Source: Nannocystis pusilla
Lineage (GTDB): Bacteria; Myxococcota_A; Polyangia; Nannocystales; Nannocystaceae
Direction: 5' to 3' (one strand)
Length of the DNA stretch: 64,000 nucleotides
Assembly (NCBI RefSeq): GCF_051105105.1
Contig: NZ_CP185339.1
This document shows positions 38,838 through 48,470 of this stretch, piece after piece (position 1 is the first letter of the stretch; every line of letters starts with the position of its first letter). The notes beneath the pieces were generated by a model. That model had not been told where the DNA came from, searched no databases, and saw only the letters and a list, made by a program, of their open reading frames with translations. The position numbers were made by a program, and so were the translations under genes.

Positions 38838-39350
38838 ATGAATCTCTTCGACATCTCGATCCCTCACATGAGCCGCACTCTGGGCCAGGTCCCCGTGTGG
38901 CTCGACAAGGCCCAGGCGTACGCGGACCAGCGGAAATTCGACGTGGGCGTGCTGCTCACCGCCCGCCTGGCGCCCGATCAATGGCACTTCACGCGGCAGA
39001 TCCAGGCCCTGGTGCTGGGGCCGCTGCGGCTGGCCAACCTGCTGCGCGGGCAGGCGCCGGCGGACAACTTCGAGCTCGAGCCGACGGTCGCGGCGGTGCG
39101 GGCCTGCGTGGCCGAGACGCGCGAGAAGCTCGACAAGCTGCGCAGCGACGAGTTCGCGGGCGCGGAGGCGCGGGTGATCCCGCTGCCGTTCCTCCCGGGC
39201 AAGGGCCTGCAGGCCGACGACTTCGTGCAGCAGTTCGCGCTGCCGAACTTCTACTTCCACGCCGTGACCGCGTACTCGATCCTGCGGCACAACGGGGTCG
39301 ACGTTGGCAAGCCCGACTTCCTCGCGCCGCTGGCGTTCCGCGACCTCTGA
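38838..39350 (+). CDS. DUF1993 family protein.
   Basis: MNLFDISIPHMSRTLGQVPVWLDKAQAYAD...LLTARLAPDQWHFTRQIQ matches the DUF1993 N-terminal signature (M.LYD.S.P.F.R.L..L...LDKA.A). Confidence 0.65.
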   Translation: MNLFDISIPHMSRTLGQVPVWLDKAQAYADQRKFDVGVLLTARLAPDQWHFTRQIQALVLGPLRLANLLRGQAPADNFELEPTVAAVRACVAETREKLDKLRSDEFAGAEARVIPLPFLPGKGLQADDFVQQFALPNFYFHAVTAYSILRHNGVDVGKPDFLAPLAFRDL

Positions 39351-39438
39351 GCGGCCCTGTGACGCGGCGCAAGGGTCGCCGCGCGCGCGCGGCGGAGGCG
39401 GTCGGGTCGGGCGGCCGCGTGATAGAGTCCGCGCGCGC

Positions 39439-41050
39439 ATGAGCTTCGATCCCGACGTGTTCGACTACGTGATCCTCGGCGGTGGTTCGGCCGGTTGTGT
39501 GCTGGCCGGGCGGCTGTCCGAGGATCCTTCCGTGCGGGTCCTGCTGCTCGAGACGGGCGACCGGGCCGAGCGGCACCCGGAGTCGCTGCGGGCCGACGGT
39601 TACAAGGACGCGTTCGTCAACGACGCGCTGCTGCACCCCCGCTTCAGCGTGCCGCAGCAGGGCTGCGGGCGCCGTCCGCTGTGGCTCGGCTCGGGCCGCG
39701 GCATGGGCGGCAGCGGCTCGATCAACGCGATGGTGTACCTGCGCGGCTCCGAGGCCGACTTCCGCGCGTGGGACGTGCCGGGCTGGGGCTGGTCGGAACG
39801 TCGTGCCGGCCTACGAGCAGCTCGAGCGGGTGCTCGACGTGCGCTCGCGCGAGCCGACCGAGTTCACCGAGGCGTGCATCGCCAGCGCCGAGGAGGTCGG
39901 GTTCCACCGCGAGCGCGACCTCGACCGCGGCGAGCTGCTCGGGGCGCTCGGCTACGAGCGGATGAACTACCGCGGCGAGCAGCGGCGCAGCGCCTACGTC
40001 GCGTTCGTCCAGCCGCACACGGACCGCATCAACCTGGTCGTGCGGACAGGTGCGCACGCGCACCGGCTGGTGCTCGACGATCGCCGGCGGGTGGTCGCGG
40101 TCGAGTACGAGGAGGGCGGCACGCGGCGCACCGCGAAGGTCCGGCGCGAGGCGGTGCTGTGCGCCGGCGCGCTCGAGTCGCCCAAGCTGCTGATGCTGTC
40201 GGGGGTCGGGCCGCGCGACGTGCTGCGCGCGCACGGGGTCGAGCCGGCGTTCGACCTGCCGGGCGTCGGCGAGAACCTGCAAGACCACCCCAACGTGCAG
40301 CTGTTCTACTTCGGCAAGCGCGCGGTCGACTGCAACTACCCGCAGCTGTACGGCTTCCACCGCGCGCTGCCCACCAGCGACCTGCCGCCCGACCAGGCCG
40401 ACACCTGCTACGTCTTCTACCCGGCGCGCTCGTCGTTCCGCGAGGCGACGATGCGGATGGTGCCGGCGCTGACGGTGCCGCCGGCGCTGTACCGGCGCAC
40501 GCGGCTGCCGCGGGTGGTCAAGGCCGGCGTCGGCCTGGCCTTTCGGCCAGGTTTCGTCCGTCGCGCGGTCGAGCGGGTCTACGGCCTGGTGGTCATCCTC
40601 GGCAAGCCGAAGAGCCGCGGCACCGTGCGGCTGGCGTCGGCCGACCCGCGCGAGCAGGCGCTCATCGACCCGGCCTACTTCTCCGACCCGGAGGACATGC
40701 AGGCGATGGTCGCCGGGCTCCGCCTGGCCCGCCGGATCGCCGCCGCCGAGGGCCTGCGGCCGTGGGGCGGGCCGGAGGTGCTGCCGGGCGCGTTCGTCCG
40801 CTCCGACGCGGCCCTGGCGGCGTTCGTGCGCCGCATGGCGATGACGACCTACCACTACGCCGGGACCTGTCGCATGGGACAGGTCCCCGGCAGCGTGGTC
40901 GACGCGCAGCTGCGCGTGCGCGGGGTCGAGAACCTGCGCGTGGCCGACGCCTCGATCATCCCCGAGGTGCCGGTGTCGGCGCTCAACGCCCCGAGCATGA
41001 TGATCGGCTGGCGCGCGGCCGACCTGCTCCGCGCGGCCGCGGCCGGCTGA
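39439..41050 (+). CDS. GMC family oxidoreductase (choline dehydrogenase-like). There is a frameshift at about 39799.
   Basis: FAD motif DYVILGGGSAGCVLAGRLSED; GSINAMVY; the C-terminal HYAGTCRMG..VVD..LRV.GVENLRVADASIIP; the frame-1 part (to ...GWGWS) continues in frame 2 (RNVVPAYEQLE...). Confidence 0.8.
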
Positions 41051-41170
41051 GGCGGCGCGGCGAGGACGCGCCTTACTGCCAGGACGGCGAGCGCGGCGCC
41101 CTCAACCGCGCATCGCATGGCTGGAAGGACAGGTTCGCGGCGCGGCGTGGGGCGCTCGCCCAGGAGCGCC

Positions 41171-42547
41171 TCACGCGGCCGTCGGCGGGGTCTCGCCCAG
41201 CATGTTCAGGCGGAGCCGCTCGCGCCGCCGGCTGAGCTCTGCCAGCTCGTCGGCGTAGAAGAAGTCGGGCGCGCCGAAGGCCGGGCGCAGCTCGCTGACC
41301 CACGCCGCGTCGGGGTCGTACTCGGCGAGGAAGATGCGGCCGACCCACTCCGGGTTGCGGCCCTGGAGCATCCGCAGCACGAAGTACGGCTTGCCCGCGA
41401 CCTCCGTCACGCCGTCGACCAGGATCTTGCCCGGCGTCGCCGACATCGACGGGCCGCGGACGCTGCGACACAGGCCCGACAGCTGGCGGTAGGCGCCTTG
41501 ATAGATCTGCAGCGCGCGCGCCAGCGGCACCTTGAAGTACTCCTTCGGCCCGGTGTCGCGCTCGATGAACATGTAGTAGGGCACGGCTCCGAGCCGCACC
41601 TGCGCGCGCCACAGGTCGGCCCACACGGCCGGGTCGTCGTTGACGCGGCGGACCAGCGGGGCCTGGCAGCGGACCACCGCGCCCGATTCCCGCACGCGCT
41701 GCAGCGCCGTCGCGGCGGCCGGCGTGGCGAGCTCGCGCGGGTGGCTGTAGTGGGCCATCACCGCGACGTGCTTGCCGGCCGCCTGGACCTCGCCGAACAG
41801 GCGCAGCAGGTCGTCCGCGTCCGGATCGGTGAGGAACCGGGCCGGCCAGTAAGCGAGCGCCTTGGTGCCGAAGCGGATGTGCGCGAGCTGGGGCAGGTCG
41901 GCGCGCAGGAGCGGCTCGACGTAGCGCCGCAGCACGCTGGTGCGCATCACCAGCGGGTCGCCGCCGGTGAACAGGACGTCGGTGACCTCGGGGTGGTGTT
42001 TGAGGTACTCGACCAGCGTCTCGGCCTCGCGGGCCGCGAACTTGAGGTCGTCGAGGCCGACGAACTGGGCCCAGCGGAAGCAGTAGGTGCAGTACGCGTG
42101 GCAGGTCTGGCCCTGCGCCGGGAAGAACAGCACCGTCTGGCGGTACTTGTGCTGCAGGCCGCGCCGCAGGGCGCCGGCCTCGATCGGCACGTTGAGGTCG
42201 ATCTGGCCGGCGGGGTGCGGATTCATCGCCAGCTGGATCGCCCGCGCCCGCGCTTGCAGCTCGGCCTCGCTGCCGCGGCGCACGAGGTCGACCAGCGCGC
42301 TCAGATCGGCGTCGCCGAGCATCTCCGGCTGCGGAATCGTCAATTGATAGATGGGGTCGTCCGGCGCGCGCGACCAATCGATCAGGTGCTCCAGCACGTA
42401 GGCGTTGACGCGGAACGGCAGGACCTGCGCGACCGCTCGCAGCCGCAGCCGCGCGTCGGCCGACAGGGCCGCCAGTTGAGGGATTGCATCAATGTCACGG
42501 GCGGTGAACGCCCGGTACGCACCTGATTTCAACGCGCCATCCGGCAT
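41171..42547 (-). CDS. KamA-family radical SAM aminomutase (lysine or glutamate 2,3-aminomutase-like).
   Basis: CHAYCTYCFR (a CxxxCxxC cluster); TGGDPL; the overall KamA-like layout. Confidence 0.75.
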   Translation of the reverse strand: MPDGALKSGAYRAFTARDIDAIPQLAALSADARLRLRAVAQVLPFRVNAYVLEHLIDWSRAPDDPIYQLTIPQPEMLGDADLSALVDLVRRGSEAELQARARAIQLAMNPHPAGQIDLNVPIEAGALRRGLQHKYRQTVLFFPAQGQTCHAYCTYCFRWAQFVGLDDLKFAAREAETLVEYLKHHPEVTDVLFTGGDPLVMRTSVLRRYVEPLLRADLPQLAHIRFGTKALAYWPARFLTDPDADDLLRLFGEVQAAGKHVAVMAHYSHPRELATPAAATALQRVRESGAVVRCQAPLVRRVNDDPAVWADLWRAQVRLGAVPYYMFIERDTGPKEYFKVPLARALQIYQGAYRQLSGLCRSVRGPSMSATPGKILVDGVTEVAGKPYFVLRMLQGRNPEWVGRIFLAEYDPDAAWVSELRPAFGAPDFFYADELAELSRRRERLRLNMLGETPPTAA

Positions 42548-42972
42548 CCGCTTCCACTCTCCATTGCGAGCGCCCGGCGCCGATGGCGCCGGACGAGTGA
42601 GTGTCTCTTGGGACAGGCGCGTTCGACCTCGGCGGAACACGACGCAAGCAGGCCGCGCTCGTCCGACGCCGGGCCGCGCCTGGCCACAGCGTGTGATTGA
42701 GCCACAACTTAACACGCAACCGAGGATCACCGCAAGGACAAATCGTCAATATCGACGCGTCATCGTATTGGCGAACCGAGGTTCGTAGTATGTCGATTCG
42801 TCGATTACAGCGTCGTAACGCGGTCCGTGGCCGACGCGCGAATCATTTGCGTGTTCTTTGGGACATGTTGCGAGGGACAGCACGGTTGCCGCGGCCGCGG
42901 GACCGCGGTATACCGGCGGCCTGTGCGGGGCGGGGCCGATGCGGCCGCGCCTCGACGGAGGGAGAACGAAGC

Positions 42973-44598
42973 ATGTGTGGAATCCTCGCGGTCTTCGGGG
43001 CCGTCGACGACGCGCTCCTCTCGCAGGCGACGGCCGCGAGCGAGCGCCTGAGCCACCGCGGGCCGGACGGCCACGGCGTGCATTACCAGCGGGGCAAGGG
43101 CGCGCTGATCCACCGGCGTCTGGCGATCATGGATCCGGCCTCGGGGCGGCAGCCGCTGTTCGGCCGCGACGGCGGCGCGCTCGTCCACAACGGCGAGATT
43201 TACGACCACGCGGCGCTGCGGGCCAGGCTGCAGGCGGCGGGGCGGGTGTTCCGCAGCGGCTCCGACAGCGAGGTGCTGGTCCACCTCTACGAGGCCCGCG
43301 GCGACGCGTTCGTCGCCGAGCTCGACGGCGTGTTCGCGCTCGCGGCCATGCGCGACGACGACTGGGTGGTGGCGCGCGACCCGATCGGCGTAAAGCCGCT
43401 CTACTACGGGCGCGACCTCGCCGGCAACCTGTGGTTCGCCTCCGAGCTCAAGGTGCTGGTCGACCGCTGCGCGTGGTTCAAGGTGTTCCCGCCCGGGCAC
43501 ATCTACACCGGCCGGGGCGGGCTGCGCCGCTGGTATGAAAGGACATGGCTCGAAGGACAGAACGACTACCGCCGCGACGCCGCCGGGCTGCGCGAGCGCT
43601 TCGAGGCCGCGGTCGACAAGCGGCTGATGAGCGACGTGCCGCTCGGCGTGCTGCTGTCGGGCGGGCTCGACTCGAGCCTGGTGGCGGCGTTGGCGGCCCG
43701 GCTGGCGCGGCGGCGCGACCCGGGCGCGCGGCTGCAGTCGTTCGCGATCGGCGTCGACGGCGACTCGCCCGACCTGCGGGCGGCGCGCGAGGTCGCGGCG
43801 TTCATCGGCACCGAGCACCACGAGGTCCGGCTCGACCTCGACGACGGCGTCGAGGCGCTGCGCGCCATCATCTGGCACACCGAGTCGTACGACATCCCGA
43901 CGGTGCGCGCGAGCGTGCCGATGTACCGCCTGAGCCGCTACATCCGCGACCAGGGGGTCAAGGTCGTGCTCTCGGGCGAGGGCTCCGACGAGGTGTTCGG
44001 CGGCTACCTCTACTTCTACTTCGCCGAGGGTGAGGACGCCTTTCAGCGCGAGACGGTCGAGCGGGTCAAGAACCTCCACTTCAGCGACGTCCTGCGCGCC
44101 GACAAGAGCACGATGGCGCACGGGGTCGAGGCGCGGGTGCCGTTCCTCGACCTCGCGTTCCTCGACCTGGCGATGACGATCGATCCGGCGCTCAAGCGCC
44201 CGCTGGCGCCCGGCGCCGGCCGCGAGGGCAGGATGGAGAAGGCGCTGCTGCGCGCCGCGTTCGCCGATCCCGGCGATCCGCTGCTGCCGCCGGCGGTGCT
44301 GTGGCGGCAAAAGGAGCAGTTCTCCGACGGCGTGGGCTACGGCTGGGTCGAGCGGCTCAAGGCCCACGCGGAGGCGACCGTGTCCGACCTCGAGATGGCA
44401 GAGGCCGGCGAGCGGTTCCCGCACGAGACGCCGACCACCAAGGAGGGCTACCTGTACCGCGCGCTGTTCTCGGCGCTGTTCCCCGGCGACCACGCGGCCC
44501 GCTGTGTGCGACGATGGGCGCCGCGCTGGCAGGCCGACGCCGACAGCTCGGGGCGGGCCAACCCGCTTCACGCCAGCGCTGTCCGAAAGGCCAGGTGA
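42973..44598 (+). CDS. asnB: Asparagine synthetase B (glutamine-hydrolysing).
   Basis: MCGILAV (Ntn Cys2); SGLDSS PP-loop; the overall domain order. Confidence 0.85.
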   Translation: MCGILAVFGAVDDALLSQATAASERLSHRGPDGHGVHYQRGKGALIHRRLAIMDPASGRQPLFGRDGGALVHNGEIYDHAALRARLQAAGRVFRSGSDSEVLVHLYEARGDAFVAELDGVFALAAMRDDDWVVARDPIGVKPLYYGRDLAGNLWFASELKVLVDRCAWFKVFPPGHIYTGRGGLRRWYERTWLEGQNDYRRDAAGLRERFEAAVDKRLMSDVPLGVLLSGGLDSSLVAALAARLARRRDPGARLQSFAIGVDGDSPDLRAAREVAAFIGTEHHEVRLDLDDGVEALRAIIWHTESYDIPTVRASVPMYRLSRYIRDQGVKVVLSGEGSDEVFGGYLYFYFAEGEDAFQRETVERVKNLHFSDVLRADKSTMAHGVEARVPFLDLAFLDLAMTIDPALKRPLAPGAGREGRMEKALLRAAFADPGDPLLPPAVLWRQKEQFSDGVGYGWVERLKAHAEATVSDLEMAEAGERFPHETPTTKEGYLYRALFSALFPGDHAARCVRRWAPRWQADADSSGRANPLHASAVRKAR

Positions 44599-44601
44599 AT
44601 C

Positions 44602-45873
44602 GTGCAGGGACGTCCCAGCCTCAACCTCCAGGTCCGCGGCCTCTCGCCGTCGGCCACGGTGTCGATCAACGAGCGCAGCAACGACCTGATGGCCGCCGGC
44701 CGCGAGGTGTTCAAGCTCGGCCTCGGCCAGTCGCCGTTCCCCGTGCCCGAGAGCGTGATCGAGGCGCTGCGGGCCCACGCCGCGCGCAAGGAGTACATGC
44801 CGGTGCGCGGGCTGCCGGCGCTGCGCGACGCGGTCGCGGCCTATCACCAGCGCGGCGTCGGCGGCGAGCGCGAGTACAGCGGCGAGCACGTGCTGGTCGG
44901 CCCGGGCAGCAAGGAGCTGATGTTCATCACCCAGCTGGCGTTCTACGGCGACCTCGTGCTGCCGTCGCCGGCGTGGGTGTCGTACTCGCCGCAGGCGCGG
45001 ATCATCGGTCGGCAGGTGGTGTGGCTGCCGACGCGCGCCGAGGACGGGTGGAAGCTGCGGCCCGCCGACATCGACGCGCTGTGCCGCCGCGACCCGGGGC
45101 GCCCGCGAGTGCTCATCCTCAACTACCCGTCGAACCCGACCGGCCAGACCTACGAGGCCGACGAGCTGGCGGCGCTGGCCGAGGCCCTGCGCGCCCACGA
45201 GGTCCTGGTCGTGTCCGACGAGATCTACGGCGAGCTCCACCACGACGGCGCGCACGCGTCGATCGCCCGCTTCTATCCCGAGGGCACGATCATCAGCTCG
45301 GGCCTCAGCAAGTGGTGCGGCGCGGGCGGCTGGCGGCTCGGCACGTTCCTGTTCCCGCGCGAGCTCGAGTGGCTGCAGCGGGCGATGATCGCGGTCGCCA
45401 GCGAGACGTACACGTCGACCAGCGCGCCGATCCAGTGCGCCGCGGTGACGGCGTTCGCGTTCGGGCGCGACATCGCCGCCTACGTCGCCCAGGAGCAGGC
45501 GATCCTGAAGGCGCTGGGCGCCTGGTGCCACCAGCGCCTGAGCGCCGGCGGCATCGCCTGCGCGGCGCCTCGCGGCGGGTTCTACCTGTTCCCGGAGTTC
45601 CACGGCCGCGCGGAGGCGCTGCGGCGGCGCGGGATCGCCAGCGGCGAGGCGCTGTGCGAGCGCCTGCTCGAAGAGACAGGTGTTGCCATTCTCCCGGGCA
45701 GCGACTTCGGCCGGCCCGCGGGGGACCTCACCGCGCGGCTCGCCTACGTCGACTTCGACGGCGCCGCCGCGCTCGCGGCCCACACGGGCCAGGCGATCGA
45801 CGAGGCGTGGCTGCGGCAGTACATGCCGCGCGTGCTGACCGCGATCGAGCGCATCGTCGCGTTCGTCGCCTGA
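44602..45873 (+). CDS. PLP-dependent aminotransferase, class I/II fold.
   Basis: GTG start 4 nt after the asnB stop; ...LNYPSNPTG...; SGLSKWCGAGGWRLG (the Lys-containing loop). Confidence 0.75.
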   Translation: MQGRPSLNLQVRGLSPSATVSINERSNDLMAAGREVFKLGLGQSPFPVPESVIEALRAHAARKEYMPVRGLPALRDAVAAYHQRGVGGEREYSGEHVLVGPGSKELMFITQLAFYGDLVLPSPAWVSYSPQARIIGRQVVWLPTRAEDGWKLRPADIDALCRRDPGRPRVLILNYPSNPTGQTYEADELAALAEALRAHEVLVVSDEIYGELHHDGAHASIARFYPEGTIISSGLSKWCGAGGWRLGTFLFPRELEWLQRAMIAVASETYTSTSAPIQCAAVTAFAFGRDIAAYVAQEQAILKALGAWCHQRLSAGGIACAAPRGGFYLFPEFHGRAEALRRRGIASGEALCERLLEETGVAILPGSDFGRPAGDLTARLAYVDFDGAAALAAHTGQAIDEAWLRQYMPRVLTAIERIVAFVA

Positions 45874-46336
45874 GGCGACGCGGCGGTGCTCGTCCCGCGG
45901 CACCCCGCCCACCAAGGCGCGGGGGGCCGCGACGTTCGAGGGCGATGCGGGTCGCCGGTGCGCGCAGGCGCCGAGCACAAGCCTGGTGAAAGCCGCCGGC
46001 GAGGAGCGAGCCGGACAGGTCCGGCACGAGCGAGCGCTGGGCGGCGGCAGGCGAGGAATCGCTCCCGCGAGCGGCCCCGTCCCTGCACGCCGGGCTTATC
46101 GCCGGACTCGCAGCGAGGGGCGACGCGGCTGCCCGTTCGGAGCACCACCCTTGGAGCGACCGCGAGGCCGCGGCAGGCCCGCCAGCGGCGACGGGCTCGG
46201 CCGCGGCGGTGGCAGACTCGACCGGTCAAACGACGATTCTCGCCGGTCCAGGTGCGATGATTCGCGGGTCCGGTCGATTCGTTGCAGCGACAACGGATCG
46301 CGCTACGCTCCGGTCGGTCTTGCGGAGGAGAAAACC

Positions 46337-46597
46337 ATGGAGTTCATCTGGACATTGATCGTGGGCCTGATCGCGGGCGCGCTCGCCAAGCTGGTCATGC
46401 CGGGTAAGGATGCGGGCGGTGTCATCGCCACCATGCTCCTCGGCATCGCCGGCTCGTTCGTCGCCGCCTTCCTCGGCCGCGCGCTCGGCTGGTACTCGCA
46501 CGTCGACGAGGGCCCGGGCATCATCGCCTCGATCGTGGGCGCGCTGATCCTGCTCGGCATCTACCGCCTGGCCGTCGGCCGCAGCGTCCGCACTTGA
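46337..46597 (+). CDS. GlsB/YeaQ/YmgE family membrane protein (transglycosylase-associated).
   Basis: MEFIWTLIVGLIAGALAKLVMPGKDAGGVIATMLLGIAGSFVAAFLGRALGWY; an RBS ggaggag lies upstream. Confidence 0.8.
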   Translation: MEFIWTLIVGLIAGALAKLVMPGKDAGGVIATMLLGIAGSFVAAFLGRALGWYSHVDEGPGIIASIVGALILLGIYRLAVGRSVRT

Positions 46598-46657
46598 TCT
46601 CGGCCTGCGCCGTTCAGGCCGCTCTCGCTTCGCCGCCGGCGGGCGGATGCGCGGCTC

Positions 46658-48469
46658 TCACCGTGTGAGTAGTTCGTCGAGCGCCAGCATCCACTCGCCG
46701 GCGGGCGTCACCACCCAGGCGCCCGCGGTCAGGCGGGCGCGCACGGCCGCCGCGGCTTCGACCGGCAGGGCGTCGACGATCGCCATCGGGGCGAGCTGAG
46801 CAAATGGGACATCGTCGGCCAACCGACGACAGCCCTCTGGCCACGCGGCCAGGGCGACCCGTCGACCCTGCCGGTCGAGGACCGGCTGGAGGCCCGGCAC
46901 GTCGGCCGCGAGCAGCGCGTCGAGGGCGACGTCGTCCCAGGCGGGCGCCGCCTCGACGACGACGCCGTAGCCGGGCAGACCTGAATCATCGGACATGACC
47001 CCAGGTTCCTGTCCCGTGGGCTCTGTGCTCATGGACAGGTCCCGAAGGTCAGCCACGCGCCGGCGCATGCGCGCGAGCAGGGCGGTCGCGTCGGGGCGGC
47101 GCGCGGGGTCGGGGTCGAGCGCGTCCTCGACCACCGCGCGGGCCTCGGGCGCGCTGCCGCCGAGGTTGCCGGCGACGAGCGCGACCAGCAGGGCGGCGGC
47201 GCCGTAGATGTCGCTGGCGGCGGTGGGGGCCCCGCCGGCGCGGACCTCGGGGGCGGTGATCGTGAGCAGCTCCTCGAGCGCGCCGGTGCGGGTGGCGATG
47301 AGCCCGGCGATCGCGTCGGCGCCGAACGGGCCGAGGAGCGGGCGCCCGGCCGCGTCGCACACGAGCTGGGCCGGCAGCAGCGAGCCGTGGACCAGCCCGC
47401 GCGCGTGAGCGGCGGCGAGGCCCTCGAGCAAGAAGGCGATCAGGGCGCGGGCCCGCGGCAGCGGCATGCCGGGCGGACGGATCAGCGCCCGCAGGTTGTT
47501 GCCAGCCTCCCAGGGCAAGATCAGGATGCCGGCGCGGGCGTCGAACTGGACGATGCCGCGGATCGCCGGGTGCTCGAGCGCGGCGGCGGCGATGGCCCGG
47601 CGATGGAACGCCTCGAGCGCGTCCTGGACCGCGGGGTCGCCGGCGCCGCCTTCTTGAAGCTCGGCGAGGAGGAGGTGGATCTCGACCTCGGCGAGGGTGA
47701 CGCGGTCGATGCCCTCGTAGGCCGCGCCCGAGAAGCTGGCCGGCAGCGAGGCGCGGACGAGGAAGCGCGCCGGCACCGGGGCGCCCTCGGGGGCCTCGCC
47801 GCGGCCCTGCAGGACGATCTGGGCCGCGAGGTCGTGGCCGAGGGCCCCGAGCCCGCGGGCCAGGAGGCGGCTCAGCGCGGCGCGGTCGGCCCCGCCGGCG
47901 CGGATGGCCGCCTGGGCCCGCCGCACCGCGGCCTCGGCGTCGCCCAGCTCCCACGACAGCTCGGCGGCGAGCTGCAAGGTCGGGCCGTGGCGCTCGGGCA
48001 GCGGCTCGAGCAGCGCCAGGGCCTCGCGCACGCGTTCGGCCTCGGCCAGCACGCGCGCGGCCCCGAGTCTGTCGCCGGCGCGCACGAGGGCGCGGGCGCG
48101 GGCCTCGGGGTCGTGATCGCCGAGCGCGAAGATCCGGGCCGCGTCGGCGTGCCGACCCTTGCGCTGCAACATCGCGGCGGCCTGCTGGCGAGTGTCGGCG
48201 TCGGCGGCGGTGAACACCGCGATGATGCGGTCGAGGACGTCGGCCCGGCCGAGCTCGACCGCGGCGCGCAGGGCGTCGAGCGGTCGGCCGGCGCGGGCGT
48301 AGTGCTCGCAGGCGCCGGCGAACTCCCAGATCTGCTCGAGCACCCAGCCGGCCGCGGCGTGCCGGCCCGCGAGCGCGAGCGCGTGGGCGAGGGCCTCGTG
48401 CCGCCCCTGGGCGAGCATGCGCCGCTCGTCGTCGGTCAGCGGCTCGGGCGGGGCCGGGACGGCCGTCAA
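46658..48469 (-). CDS. Protein with a TPR-like N-terminus and a C-terminal kinase-like domain that has a degenerate catalytic loop (pseudokinase).
   Basis: The kinase-like segment has HARGLVHGSLLPAQLV in place of HRDxKxxN. No glycine-rich loop or VAIK is evident. There are Ala-rich helical repeats. Confidence 0.55.
   Translation of the reverse strand: MTAVPAPPEPLTDDERRMLAQGRHEALAHALALAGRHAAAGWVLEQIWEFAGACEHYARAGRPLDALRAAVELGRADVLDRIIAVFTAADADTRQQAAAMLQRKGRHADAARIFALGDHDPEARARALVRAGDRLGAARVLAEAERVREALALLEPLPERHGPTLQLAAELSWELGDAEAAVRRAQAAIRAGGADRAALSRLLARGLGALGHDLAAQIVLQGRGEAPEGAPVPARFLVRASLPASFSGAAYEGIDRVTLAEVEIHLLLAELQEGGAGDPAVQDALEAFHRRAIAAAALEHPAIRGIVQFDARAGILILPWEAGNNLRALIRPPGMPLPRARALIAFLLEGLAAAHARGLVHGSLLPAQLVCDAAGRPLLGPFGADAIAGLIATRTGALEELLTITAPEVRAGGAPTAASDIYGAAALLVALVAGNLGGSAPEARAVVEDALDPDPARRPDATALLARMRRRVADLRDLSMSTEPTGQEPGVMSDDSGLPGYGVVVEAAPAWDDVALDALLAADVPGLQPVLDRQGRRVALAAWPEGCRRLADDVPFAQLAPMAIVDALPVEAAAAVRARLTAGAWVVTPAGEWMLALDELLTR
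46990..47050. repeat. GACATG/GACAGG palindromic element copies. They lie inside the pseudokinase ORF on the opposite strand.
   Basis: cggacatgaccccaggttcctgtcccgtgg...catggacaggtcccgaagg. Confidence 0.5.
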
Positions 48470-48470
48470 C

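Noticed and set aside
40855-40885. Palindrome-like cgggacctgtcgcatgggacaggtccc inside the GMC oxidoreductase. A similar aaggacatggctcgaaggacag lies inside asnB at 43540.
   Set aside because: It encodes the conserved GMC motif AGTCRMG in frame. In asnB it encodes the conserved RRWYERTW region. The resemblance to the repeat family is coincidental, so these are not counted as element copies.
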